DNA of 64,000 bases from Vulcanimicrobiota bacterium (GCA_963723515.1 CAVRQT010000002.1:96001-160000), one strand, 5' to 3'. Counted from the first letter of the stretch, positions 1-11,600 are shown. Notes: a model not told the origin generated them from the sequence alone. Program-made: numbers and translations.

Positions 1-1515
1 TCGAGCCGTCGATCGTGATCCAATCGCCTTCGTGCAACATCGCGCCGTTCATCGAGGCCGTTCGTTTGCGCGGATCGATCTCCAATGCTTCACATCCGGC
101 GACACAGGGTTTGCCCATGCCGCGCGCCACGACGGCCGCATGCGACGTTGCGCCGCCTTTGGCAGTCAACACGCCACGCGCGGCGATCATGCCGTGCACG
201 TCGTCGGGCGTTGTCTCCGTGCGTACTAAGATCGTCTCTTTGCCGTCTTGCTTCCACGCGACCGCAGCGTCAGGGTCGAAGACGATTTGGCCAGTTGCCG
301 CGCCCGGCGACGCGTTCAATCCACGCGCGACGGCTTCAAAGTGCTCGGAAGGATCGATGCGCGCGTGAAAGAGCTGGTCGAGCGATGCGGCGTCGACACG
401 CGTCACCGCTTCGCGCCTTGAGATGATCCCTTCATCGACAAGCGCCATTGCGATCCTAACGGCGGCTTGCGCGGAGCGTTTTCCGTTTCGCGTTTGCAGC
501 ATGTAGAGCTTGCCGCGCTCGATGGTGAATTCGAGATCTTGCATGTCACGGTAATGCCGCTCTAGCTTGCGAGCGATGTTATCGAATTGAGCATACACCT
601 CGGGTTGCAAGCGTTGCAGATCTGCGATTTGCTCGGGCGTTCGAATGCCGGCGACCACATCTTCACCTTGCGCGTTGCGCAGATACTCGCCAAAGAGCTT
701 CGCTTCGCCGGTGTTGGGGTCGCGCGTGAACGCAACCCCGGTTCCGGAGTCGTCGCCTAAATTCCCGAAGACCATCGCCACAACATTAACGGCCGTGCCC
801 CAGTCGTCGGGAATCTTATGGTAGCGACGGTACTCAATCGCGCGCTTTGAGTTCCACGATTCAAAGACGGCCCGAATGGCGAGGTCCAGTTGTTCGCGCA
901 CATCTTGTGGAAAGTCGTGCCCGCGTCTTTTCTTTGACGATCGCCTTGAATTTGTCGACGAGCGCACGCCATGTTGCGGCATCAAGCTGCGTATCGTCCC
1001 GCACGCCGAGCCGTTTTTTTGCGGCTGCGATCTGCTCCTCAAAGATGTGCTTATCGACATCCAACACGACATTCGAGAACATCATGACAAACCGGCGATA
1101 GGCATCCCAGGCGAAGCGTTCGTTGCCGGTCATCTTGACAAGCGCTTGCACCGTCTGATCGTTTAAGCCGAGATTCAGAATGGTATCCATCATGCCGGGC
1201 ATCGAGGCGCGTGCGCCGCTGCGCACGGAAACGAGCAGCGGGTTTTCGCGGATCTCCGAAACGTTTGCCCGTCTGTTTTTCAAGCCGTTGCATCGCATCG
1301 TCGATTTGCGCCTGGAGGCCACTCGGATAGCGGTCGCCTTGCGCGAAAAATTCCAAGCAGGCTTGCGTTGTGATCGTAAAGCCATCCGGAACGGGTAGAC
1401 CGGCGCGCGTCATCTCGGCCAAACCCGCGCCCTTGCCGCCGAGCAGCTCCCGCATCGACGCATCGCCCTCGTCGAAGAAGTATACGAATTTCGCCGCTCG
1501 CTCAGAGGCGCTCAT
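1..1515 (-). CDS. ppdK: Pyruvate phosphate dikinase, N-terminal part; runs off the window start; frameshifted near 1240 and 900
   Basis: [12 protein letters not shown]...[10 protein letters not shown] in ORF 1051-1515; [25 protein letters not shown] in ORF 861-1385. Confidence 0.95.
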
Positions 1516-2851
1516 CGAAGTATCCTTTCAGCGAGTCAACGCTGATGCGGTCCTGCCGCATTGAATCGCGATCGCGAACGGTCACGGATTGGTATTCTAG
1601 TGTTTCATAATCAACCGTGACGCAGAACGGCGTGCCGATCTCGTCTTGGCGCCGGTAGAGTTGTCCGATGTTGCCCTCGTCATACTGCGTCCGAAGCTTC
1701 TCGTGGAGTGATGATTCGATCGAACGCGCGCGTTCGACTAATTGCGGCTTGTTTCGCGGCAAGCGAAAAGACGGCGACCTGCAGCGGCGCAACCTTCGGA
1801 TGAAACCGCAGGACGACGCGCTCCGTCTCTTTACCGTTCGGATCGACGCTCTTCTCCAATTCGTAGGCATCGATCAGCATCGTCAGCGTCGTGCGGTCCA
1901 TTCCGGCCGAGCTTTCGATCAAGAGCCGGCGTATAATGCGTTTTCGTCGCTTCATCGAAGAAGCGCAAATCTTTGCCGGAGAGCCGCATGTGCGCATCGA
2001 GGTCGTATGTACCGCGGTGGGCGATCGACTCCAGTTCGCCCCAGCCCCACGGAAAGAGATATTCAACGTCAACACCGGCTTTCGCATAATGTGGACGCTC
2101 TTCGGCGCTCAATTCGTAGAAGCGCAAGCGATCCGGTTTGACGCCGTAATCGGCGTACCATTTCTTGCGAGCCTGCACCCAATGCTCGAACCACTTCAAG
2201 TCGTTGCCGTCGTCGGGAACGAAATATTCGAGTTCGGCTTGCTCGAATTCACGCAGGCGATACGTTAAGTTGCCCGGCGTGATTTCATTGCGAAACGCTT
2301 TGCCGAACTGCGCGACGCCGAATGGCGGCCGCTTGCGAGCGGTTTGATAGATGTTTTTAAAGTTAACGAAGATGCCTTGCGCGGTTTCGGGGCGCAGATA
2401 CGTGCGCGAAGCTGAATCCTCCATCGGCCCGAGCGATGTCTGCAGCATCAAATTGAAATTGCGCGGCTCGGTAAACGAATGTTTCGAGCCGCAGTCCGGA
2501 CAAACGTCTGGATTCTCGAGGTGATCCGCGCGAAAGCGATGCTTGCAGACGCGACAATCGACGAGGCGGTCGACGAAGGCGTCCAGGTGCCCGGAGGCTT
2601 TCCACGCCGAGTGGGTGCATCAGAATGGCGGAGTCGAACGCCACGACGTCGTCACGTGACTCGACCATCTCGCGCCACCAGGCTTCCTTTATATTGCGCT
2701 TTAGGAGCGCTCCAAGCGGGCCGTAGTCATAGACGCCGGCGAGGCCGCCGTAGATGTCGCTCGACGGGAAGATGAAACCGCGGCGCTTCGCGAGTGCCGT
2801 GATCTCTTCCAAAGATGCGCCGGTCGCTTGGGCATGCTGCTCGACCGTCAC
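1502..2851 (-). CDS. glyQS: Glycine--tRNA ligase, alpha2 (GlyQS) type; several frameshifts
   Basis: [65 protein letters not shown] across split ORFs. Confidence 0.95.
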
Positions 2852-3243
2852 CCCTGACCTCGCTTCGCGAGAAATGCCGCTGCCATGCGCTTCGGCGCGC
2901 GCGCGAGCCATGCTTCGGTCATGAGATTCTTCAATTCTCGAATGCCGATCTTACTGAGCTGCACCAAGATGGCCGGATAGCCGTCGAAATGCGGCGTCGT
3001 AAAGTACACGCGGGGGTTGCTTGCAAGGAGCACGTCCTTCATTTCAAGGTCGGCAGTCCGCACTCCCAAGATCTGGCCCTTCGGCGCTTTATCGCCAAGC
3101 GCAATCAGGTCCGAACGCCGCAGCGGACGCTCCCAAACGAAGAACTTATCGCCGACCGTCCACGCCGCGCGCTCGTGTGACTTGATTTCCTTGGCCGCCG
3201 GAAATGCGAGCGCAATCCGGCGCACATCCCGCCAAGAAGCCAT
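2848..3243 (-). CDS. MmcQ/YjbR family protein
   Basis: [15 protein letters not shown]...[15 protein letters not shown]...[10 protein letters not shown] typical of the family. Confidence 0.8.
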   Translation of the reverse strand: MASWRDVRRIALAFPAAKEIKSHERAAWTVGDKFFVWERPLRRSDLIALGDKAPKGQILGVRTADLEMKDVLLASNPRVYFTTPHFDGYPAILVQLSKIGIRELKNLMTEAWLARAPKRMAAAFLAKRGQG

Positions 3244-3300
3244 AAGAGCGCGACTTTGTTGCACGTAAAGCACCGGTTCCTTGAGGAGCGCTGGGAACGC

Positions 3301-3925
3301 CTACGAGGCTTTAGGAGAACCGTCCGATTCAGGCGGTGGTACTGGCCAACGACAATGTAGTTCCATCCGGTGCGTACCGCGAGGATAAGAACTCCAGGAT
3401 GAGACTTTATCCAGTCTTCGGACAACGCTGCCAAATATTCAAAGTTCTCCCAGCCGGCGTTCGTGTCCATCAACTCACGACCAGTGCAGTGAAGGGCTCG
3501 AGTCGCTTCCACGCCCCCGATGTGAGGGCGCAATACTGGTCCACAGACAACTTGGGGTCCACGATCTGGTGGCAGAACCATCAGACCAAGTGAGTCAAAA
3601 GTGTTTCCAACGAGCACGACGGCGTGATGCATGTCGACGTACTCCTGTTTAACATCGGACGGCGGCGGCAGAACGCCGCCAGATCGAGATCTTCATAATC
3701 ACGATAACGCGGATCTTCGAGCAACACCTCAAGACGGGCGTTGGCTAATGTGAGCCCTTGCTACGTTAAATTGCGGTCGTTCAGTTGGCCGTCGACTGTG
3801 AGCAGGGCTTGAATCTGGTTTCCGGCTCGCAGATGCCTCAGCTGCACGAGCGCTGCAATCGCCGTCGCGGCAATGATCGCGACGGTTGCGAGCGCCGCGA
3901 TTGCGTTGATCACCTCGAGCCGCAC
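3301..3925 (-). pseudogene. Second tandem paralog of the DUF4760-like single-TM protein; multiple frameshifts
   Basis: Manual translation: GTG 3925 after AAGGAG gives MRLEVINAIAALATVAIIAATAIAALVQLRHLRAGNQI; later fragments WENFEYLAALSEDWIKSHP and SYPRGTHRM match the neighbouring paralog. Confidence 0.7.
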
Positions 3926-3934
3926 GTCATCTCC

Positions 3935-4484
3935 TTATTGCTGAGGGTTTGGCAGAACCGCGCCGAGCATACGTGGCTCGCCGGGTGGATAATCGCCATG
4001 CGGGTGCTGATCCTGCCAACGCTCGGCTCGCGCTGCGAGCCATTCGAAATTCTCGAAAACGTACGGAAGGCCGCGACGAACCTCCGCGACGACATCGCGC
4101 AGCAACCGCCAGTAAAGATGGACGTTCCACCACTCGGTCTGAAGAAAAACCTTCTCGTCGATGAGCCCGCTGCGCACGAAGGAACCGACATGGTTATACA
4201 TATCGCAGAGATAAAGTTCCGGATGCTGGCGGCGGTCGACCGGAATTTCGCGCAAGCTAGCGACAAACTATTCGTCCGTCATCCGATCGCTCCAGATCGT
4301 GCCGAATGTAGTTGACCAACTCCCGTACAGCGGGATCCATAAGCATGTTGAATGCGCTTTGCAAGCCCGCGAGTTGGTTCGAAAGCCGAATGTGGCGAAG
4401 TTGTACAAACGCTGCGATTGCGGTCGCAGCGATGACGACAAATGTCCCTATCGCGGCGATCGTGCTCCAAGCTTCGAGCGACAT
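3935..4484 (-). CDS. DUF4760-like protein with N-terminal TM helix; one frameshift near 4270
   Basis: MSLEAWSTIAAIGTFVVIAATAIAAFVQLRH (ORF 4257-4484) continues as FENFEWLAARAERWQDQHPHGDYP (ORF 3935-4255). Confidence 0.65.
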
Positions 4485-4514
4485 CCCGGGCTGGTTCCTT
4501 TAGGTCCTATAAAA

Positions 4515-4533
4515 TACCGTTACATGAACGGTA
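4515..4533. promoter_or_regulatory. Palindromic operator-like site between divergent genes
   Basis: TACCGTT-ACATG-AACGGTA perfect 7-bp inverted repeat in an AT-rich intergenic region. Confidence 0.45.
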
Positions 4534-4564
4534 CTTACGGACGATGCGCTGAAAGGACGGCGTA

Positions 4565-5207
4565 ATGAGCAAGGTTCGCGTTGCAGCGTTTTCAGTTTCA
4601 CTCGACGGGTTCGGCGCCGGGCCGAGGCAGGACTTGAACAATCCACTCGGTGTTCGCGGCGAAGAACTTCACGGATGGTTCTTAGAGACGGAAGCGTGGA
4701 ATCAGATGCACGGTCAGAACGGCGGAAGCCGCGGCATCGATAATGATTTCGCGGTCCGATCTTTCGAGAACATTGGCGCTTGGATATTAGGACGAAACAT
4801 GTTCGGCCCCATTCGCGGACCTTGGGAAGACGATTCCTGGAAGGGGTGGTGGGGAGACGAGCCGCCGTACCACACACCGGTCTTCGTGCTCACGCATTAT
4901 GCGCGATCGCCGCTTCGGATGCAGGGCGGCACGACGTTCTACTTCGTCACCGACGGCATCGAATCGGCTCTGCAACAAGCGAAAGTGCGGCCCAAGGCAA
5001 AGACGTTCGAATCGGCGGTGGCGTCTCAACAATACGCCAGTATCTGCTGGGCACCATATTGATGAGTTGCAGCTTTCAATGTCGCCCGTGCTACTGGGCG
5101 ACGGTGAACACCTGTTCAACGACATTAACTTGCCGGCGCTAGGCTTTAATTCGATCGAGCGAGTTCCCGGCGAGCGCGCGACCCACGTCGTCATTAGGAA
5201 GGCCTGA
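4565..5207 (+). CDS. Dihydrofolate reductase family (RibD C-terminal domain) protein; frameshifted
   Basis: FSVSLDGFGAGP, ILGRNMF, PPYHTPVFVLTH, DVRIGGGVSTIRQYL, IDELQLSMSPVLLGDGE. Confidence 0.88.
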
Positions 5208-5293
5208 CGTTAAACGCGGGTTGGGAGCGCTTCAGTCCCGTTTGGCTGCGTCTCGGCACGGAGTCGAACACCGCTCCGCGCCAGTGAAAACCC

Positions 5294-5677
5294 CTACGGA
5301 CAGTCGTGCCGCTGTGGGAACGCACGCCAAGCGCGGTTTGCTGCGATTTGGGCACCGTGAACATCGCCCGGATGACCGTTAAGATACGCCGATCCAGATT
5401 GCGCCGAGGTAATGCGTATCTGCGCTCCTTCGGCAACACATCGCCGAATGAAGACATTGTGGATCAGCGGTAGGTATTTCTCCGTGGAACGAAACTGTGC
5501 GAGAGCCTGCGTGTATTTGTGCCGGTCCATAAGTCGCTCTCCCGGCGCCCAACTCGCTTGTACTTCGTCGATTGCAGGTTGATCCGCTCCAAAATGAACG
5601 CATGCGCGCACATCGGACGGGAAGAACACAGCTAAGCTCAATGCGACATATGCGGCGCAGATTGAGAGCCTGCTCAT
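5294..5677 (-). CDS. Hypothetical secreted protein
   Basis: Signal-peptide-like MSRLSICAAYVALSLAVFFPSDVRA; no recognised domain. Confidence 0.45.
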   Translation of the reverse strand: MSRLSICAAYVALSLAVFFPSDVRACVHFGADQPAIDEVQASWAPGERLMDRHKYTQALAQFRSTEKYLPLIHNVFIRRCVAEGAQIRITSAQSGSAYLNGHPGDVHGAQIAANRAWRAFPQRHDCP

Positions 5678-5828
5678 AGCTACATAATCTGCGTACCTCA
5701 CGTCAGCTTCCTCCGGCGTCCTACCGCCGCTGCGTGGAACGCATTGATATCTCTTCAGCGCGTGCAACGGGTGAGATAACTCATGGGGGACTAGTCGTCT
5801 GCGCTGCAGAGAGCGATTGAAAACCGCT

Positions 5829-5985
5829 GGGGCGCTTCGATGGTGTTGACTGGCGGCTTGATACCCCGTCCAGCCCCGGGTTCGATTCCCGGGCGCTCCA
5901 GCCGCCGCAGCGCTTTGCTGTTGTGAAGTCGTGAGACGTGTGGTATTGTCGACTGGGGTATCAAGCCGAAAGACACATTGAAACG
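5829..5985 (+). ncRNA. Candidate YrlA-like Y RNA / tRNA-mimic RNA
   Basis: T arm CCGGG-TTCGATT-CCCGG (5876-5892); D-like arm GACG-TGTGGTAT-TGTC (5935-5950); 14-bp perfect helix 5854-5867/5955-5968; GCCGAAAG motif 5965-5972; downstream terminator. Confidence 0.6.
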
Positions 5986-5987
5986 CG

Positions 5988-6022
5988 CGAGGCGTCGCAG
6001 TAATGCGGCGCCTCGTTTATTT
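5988..6022 (+). terminator. Intrinsic terminator
   Basis: CGAGGCGTCGCA-GTAA-TGCGGCGCCTCG followed by TTTATTT; G-U pair and U tract both favour the + strand. Confidence 0.75.
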
Positions 6023-6034
6023 AGCGGCAGCCGC

Positions 6035-6107
6035 TGTCATCGACCGAGACGCCTCAGCTTCTTTGCCTCGACGGACTCGTCCGCCCTTGGACAAGCTCAG
6101 GATGACA
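6035..6107. repeat. REP-like palindromic repeat (TGTCA-n3-TGAGCTTGTCGAA family), degenerate
   Basis: TGTCATC...CCCTTGGACAAGCTCAGGATGACA; related copies at 34046-34293, 45543-45618, 61754-61789. Confidence 0.65.
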
Positions 6108-6140
6108 AAGAGTTGCGCGCTATCGGGCAGCGCAGCGGCG

Positions 6141-7240
6141 TTAAGCCGTTGCTTTATGCGCCTTCGGTTGTGTTTCCGCCCGCAGTTGGCCGCACGCGGC
6201 GGTGATATCGCGGCCCATGTTCGCGCGCACCGTCACCGGTACGCCGGCCGCTTCTACGATCGCCGCAAATTCCCAAATCCTTGCATCCGGCGTAGCGCCA
6301 AAATTCCCGTCCGGCGTCGCGTTGTATGGGATCAGGTTCACATGATAGAGCCGCCCGCGCATCAACGCAGCCAACTCCTGCGCCTGTGCAGGCGAATCGT
6401 TCATGCCGGCGAGCATCACGTACTCGAAGAACACTTTGCGATTTGTCTTCTCGATGTAACGCTCGCAGGCACTCATTAGCTCGTAGAGATTCCAGCGCCG
6501 GTTCACCGGCATCATCTGCGAGCGGAGCGCGTCATTGGGTGCATGCAGCGAAATCGCCAAATTGACCTGAACCGCCTCCTCAGCAAACCGATCGATCTTC
6601 GGCACGACGCCGACGGTGGAGATCGTGATGTGACGCTGCCCTAAGCCGAAGCCGCGCGGATCGTTCAGCAAAGCCACCGCATCCATGACGGCGTCGTAAT
6701 TGGCGAACGGCTCACCCATGCCCATAAAGACGATGTTTGTTATGCGCTTGCCCTTTTGCGCAAGTGTTTGTGCAAAGAAGCGTGCCTGTTCGAAAATTTC
6801 CGTGGCGCTTAATTGCCGCGTAAAGCCGCCTTGGCCGGTCGCGCAGAAGGCGCAGCCGTACGCACAACCCGCCTGACTTGAGATGCAGACCGTGTTGCGG
6901 TCGCCGAAATGCTCCATCAAGACCGTTTCTACTTCGACGCGATCGCGCAAAGCGAAGAGCGCTTTTGTAGTTTGCCGATCGTTCGAGCGCTGCACCGTAA
7001 TCGGCGAGAGTGAATTGAGTTCGAAGCCGCTTGGCGCAAGCCAGAGCGCAGATCTTTCGGCAGTACACTGATGTCGTCGATATCGCTAAGAAGCTCTCGC
7101 GTTGCGGCGCGATAGAGTTGCGCGATCCGGTAGGGTTTCAATCCAAAGCGGCGCGCAAGGTCAGCGCCGTCAGAAAAACCAGCCGTGCGCGCCTTCTCGT
7201 CGATCCAAATCGCGCGTGCCTCTCGATTCACGGCGCTCAT
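6141..7240 (-). CDS. rlmN: 23S rRNA/tRNA m2A methyltransferase RlmN; frameshift near 7040
   Basis: CISSQAGCAYGCAFCATG, FMGMGEP, ISLHAPND, DITAACGQL. Confidence 0.95.
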
Positions 7241-7269
7241 CCTACCATAGTCGCTTTCGGGGGTCGACG

Positions 7270-7304
7270 CTGAGACGCTTCTGAGACGCCCCATCGGCTA
7301 TGCT
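7270..7304 (+). promoter_or_regulatory. SARP/AfsR-type direct-repeat site plus -10 element
   Basis: CTGAGACGC-TT-CTGAGACGC (11-bp period), then 9 nt to TATGCT, then AAGGAGG RBS before the DUF1059-like gene. Confidence 0.6.
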
Positions 7305-7325
7305 CGCCGGAAAGGAGGCAAAACG

Positions 7326-7517
7326 ATGCAGAATTCTAGCCGCAGCTACATTGACTGCCGCGAATATCCGAGTGAAAAGAATTGCAGTTTGCGCATTTCA
7401 GGCACCGAGCAAGAGGTGCTACCAACCGCTGAGGCCCACGCCGTTTCAGCTGACGGACACACGCAAGGCTCTGAACTGCGCGAGAACTTGCGCAAAGCGC
7501 TCAAGAAAGAGGGCTAG
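7326..7517 (+). CDS. DUF1059-like small protein
   Basis: IDCREYPSEKNCSLRISGTEQEVL...AHAVSADGH pattern; strong RBS. Confidence 0.75.
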   Translation: MQNSSRSYIDCREYPSEKNCSLRISGTEQEVLPTAEAHAVSADGHTQGSELRENLRKALKKEG

Positions 7518-7520
7518 ACG

Positions 7521-8601
7521 ATGGCCACGCAACTCGACCAACGACCGATAGACAGCGAGAAGTCCGAAGCGTTCTTAATGAAGATGATTGCTGATATCGG
7601 CGCGACGATAACGGGCGCATCCGTGATCGTCGGTGACAAACTTGGACTCTACAAGACGCTCAACGAACGCGGACCGATGACATCCGTCGAGCTGGCAGCA
7701 GCGACCGGCACACACGAGCGATACGTTCGTGAATGGCTCGCAAACCAAGACGGCAAGCGGCTATCTCGAATACAATGCAGACGCGAAAACCTTCACCTTA
7801 CCGCCTGAGCATGCGCCGGTGCTGGCTGATGAAAACAGCCCTGTGCTCCTGTGCGGCCTCTATCAAATCGCGCAGACGCTCTACACCGACGAACCTGCGA
7901 TCACCAACGCGTTTCGTCAAGGCAGCGGGGTTGGATGGGACCAGCATGACAAACGTCTTTTCGCAGCGACGGAGCGCTTCTTTCGACCTGGCTACAGTGC
8001 GAACGTGACGACGAACTGGATTCCGGCGCTCGACGGCGTTGACGCGAAGCTGCGCGCCGGCGCATCTGTCGCCGACGTCGGGTGCGGCCTTGGCACCTCA
8101 ACGATCATTATGGCAAAGGCCTATCCAAAATCACGTTTCGTCGGTTTCGATTACCACGATGGCTCTATCGACGCGGCTCGCAACGCTGCCAAAGCAGCCG
8201 GAGTCGATGATCGCGTTCGGTTCGAGGTCAGTTCGGCGAAGGCGTTTCCCGGGAGGGATTACGACTTCATCGCCTGTTTCGATTGCATCCACGACATGGG
8301 AGATCCGATCGGCGCGGCGATGCACATCAGAAAAGCGCTAAAACGTGACGGAACATTCATGATGGTCGAACCGTTTGCGAACGACCGCTTTGAGGACAAC
8401 CTCAACCCGGTAGGACGCATCTACTACGGTGCATCGACGTTTCTCTGCACGCCGGCATCGATCGCGCAAGAAGTTGGCGCGGCGCTGGGAGCTCAGGCCG
8501 GTGAGGCAAGGCTTCGTGCGGTCTTTGAAGAGGCGGGATTCAGCCGCTTCAGGCGCGCGACTGAAACTCCGTTTAATCTGATCTTCGAGGCGCGGCCGTA
8601 G
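7521..8601 (+). CDS. Class I SAM-dependent methyltransferase with N-terminal wHTH (Rv2258c-like); frameshift near 7750
   Basis: GDKLGLYKTL...HERYVREWL; VADVGCGLG; FDCIHDMGDP; TPFNLIFEARP. Confidence 0.9.
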
Positions 8602-11600
8602 CGAATAGTGTCTGGTTAAACGGCAGTGCCGCATAGGCGCGGCGTGTTGGTTCATCCGGAATGCGTGCGAGGCGCTCTTCAAAGATGTTGAGCGCCTCGC
8701 CGCGCAGCGCTTTGCTTCTTTTCGTCTGATGTGCAGCTGCGAACACGTTGGCAGCGCCGATTAGCCACTCTACCGGCTGCGGCGCGAGCTGACGATTTGC
8801 GGCGTGCATTGCAACAAGCTCCTCAGCAGCGGCAAGTGAAGCTGCAATTTCGCCTCGCGCCGACAACGTACGCGCCAGCGCGCAAAGATTATCGCCGAGC
8901 CGCGGAGACGGCGCGCCGCGACGAAGCTCGACGGCTCGCTCGAGCAATTGCTGCGCATCCTGAAGCTGCCCGAGAAAGAATTGCGCTGTTCCCAGTGTGC
9001 CCAACGCAGCCGACTCAAGTTGCGGCGATTGAAGCGCTTTAGCACCTTTCAGCGCACGCTTCGCGTAACGCGCTGCGCCGTCGTAATGCGCTTGAAGCCG
9101 CTCACAATACGAAGCGTTGATCGACGCGCAGCACGATATCCACGTAGACCCGATATCGGCGGCGAGCCGAAAGGCTTCTTGATTGAGGTTCTCAGCTTCC
9201 CGAAATACGTCCGAGCTCGGTATGAAAGAGCGCTTGATCGACCGCAATCCCGGCGAGTCCGACGGCGTGGTTCAGCATGGCGTATAATTGACGCGCGCGT
9301 GCGTAGAGCTCTCGCGTTTGCTCGACATCGAAAGTGTAGAGCAGGCCGTTGGCGATGTTGTGCAGGGCGAGTGCTTCGCCCTCACGATCGCCGATCGCCG
9401 ACACTGACGGCGTGCGCCTGCCATGCATAATCTGCCATCGAAGCATAGTCTTGTTGCACGAGTGCGGCTCGGGAGAGCGCCATCAATACTGACGCAAACT
9501 CGCGTCGCTGCTCATCTTTGTTCAGCGTCGCGCGAACCCGATCGAGGAAGGATCGCGCCTCCGTCAGGCGCCCCTGGTAAATCAGCGTATCCGCATGGGC
9601 TAGGAATGCGCTTGCAAAGCGCTCGCTGTCTTTGTCGAGGAGTGCCGTCAGCTCATTGAAGCGCCTTTCCTCTTCGTCAAATCTATTGAGACTACGTAAT
9701 CGCTTTGCGTCGGCTTCGAGCGCAGAGGCGACCCACTGGCGTAAGCCATGCCGATCCGCCAGCGTGCGAAGCTCTTCGATGTCGTGCGACGCCGCATCGT
9801 GCCGGCTCAGACTGTTTGCTAAATCGATTCGGCGCCTCAGCCAAGGGCAGCGTTCTTCCGGCCCAAGCAAAGCAAGTGTCTGTTCTGCAGCGTCCAGCAG
9901 TTCGTGCTGTTCTTGCCGAGCGCCCCGAAGGGACGCGATGCCCTCGAGCAGCATGAGCGTCTCAAAGCGGAGACGCGCGTCGCCTACGAGCTCAAGTGCG
10001 CGCTGCAACGCGCTTTGCGCTTCGTCTAGCGCGAAAATTGCCAGAGCACGCCGCCCGACTTCGGCATAGTACTGCGAAGCGCGGCCGGCATCGCCTGCGG
10101 AATCCCAATGCCGAGCAAGTTGCGAAACGACGGCGGAATCGCGCACGGTGTGCAATCGTTCTAGCACTTGTGCCACGCGGCGATGTTGCAGGCGTCTAAT
10201 AGGTTCCGGGATCTCACGATAAAGCGCGTCCCGAATTAAGTCGTGAGAAAACGTGTACGTGCCGCGCGCGCAGTTCAAAGCTTTGCATGATGATGTGCCG
10301 GTCAGTCAGTTCGGAAAGCGCATCCGCGACGTCAGCTTCCGCCCAATTTGTGACTTCACGCAGGAGTTCGATCGAAACATCGCCCGTGCAAATTGCTGCA
10401 ACTTCTGCTAAGCGATCGCATGCGAGCACCCAGCGTATCAAGTCTTCGCAACAGGATCTGCGAAAACGTTGAATGATCTTTTGCAAGCGGCATGCCGCCG
10501 CGCAAAATCTCCGTTACAAAAAGTGGATTGCCGTCGGTCGCTTCAATCACCCCGGTGAGCGGGAGGTCTGAGCCGGCGCTTCCCGCCTCTAAGAGCCGGG
10601 CGACGTCGTCTTCAGTCAACCGCCGTAGTGGAATGTCGACGGATGATGCCTGATCGGATTCGCGACGAATTTGACGCAACTCAGGCGGCAGATGCGGTTC
10701 GTCATCACGATATGACAGAGCAATAAGCGTCTTAGAACGATGCAGGCGCCGCTGCACGTAACCGGCCATTTCCAACGTGCCTGAACGTGCGTTATGGAGA
10801 TCCTCGATCACGACGCATACCGGCCGGCGTTCCGAAAGCGCGATCAGCGCCAATGAAACGGCCTCGAAGAGACGTGCTCGCTGACGCTCGACCTTAGAGA
10901 GTTGCGAATCTTTGGCAGGGCGGCGTTCTGCCACCAAATCTGCCAGCGCCGACCGCCATACGTCGTCGAGCTCAACGGTTTCCAGAAACGGCAACGTAAT
11001 TTTTATCAGCTCTACGAACGGCTCGTACGGAATTTGTTCCGGCGTGGAGACGGCCGTCCAGAAAACCCGTCCGCCGCCGGCTTCGCACTGCAATGCAAAC
11101 TCACGCAGCAGTCGCGTCTTCCCGATGCCGGCTTCGCCGACGACGTACGCTGTTCGCTGCTCTCCGGCGGAAGCTTCCGTCCATATCCGTTTCAACTCTC
11201 GCAGCTCATTCATCCGTCCCACTAGCGGAAGATCGCTCAACGGTGCGGATTGAATTGAAGCTGCGCCCAGCGATCCCGCGGGTACAATGTCGCGCCGGAT
11301 CGCTTCGTATATTGTCGCCGTTTCAGACATCGGATCCGTCTGCAGTTCCTCGCGCAAGCGTTCGCAAAAACGTTCGTACTCCGCAATCGCCCCCGCCCGA
11401 TCTCCGGCCTCATACTTCGCGAGCATCAGCTGGCGAATTGCGTCCTCGCGCCAGGGATCGTACGCGAGCAGCTTGCGTGACCAGTGCACGGCATCCCTGA
11501 GCGAACGGCGTGCGCGGCACGACATCGCCAGCTCGGCCAGCATTGCCGTATAACGCTGAGCCAATTCGCGGCGAGCCTCTTCAAGCCACGGCTCCTCCAT

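Noticed and set aside
5829..5900. Canonical tRNA (Ala, or Ser-TGA from the CTTGATA loop)
   Set aside because: No regular D arm, no 5-bp anticodon stem with 7-nt loop and no long variable arm
5829..5985. Two-piece permuted tmRNA or 6S RNA
   Set aside because: No tag reading frame before the terminator. The rod shape could suggest 6S, but a canonical T arm, D-like arm and GNCGAANG fit a tRNA mimic better; 6S is not formally excluded without cmscan
5791..6479. ORFs 5791-5976, 5978-6205 and 6003-6479
   Set aside because: They translate the structured RNA, terminator, REP and antisense rlmN; no protein features
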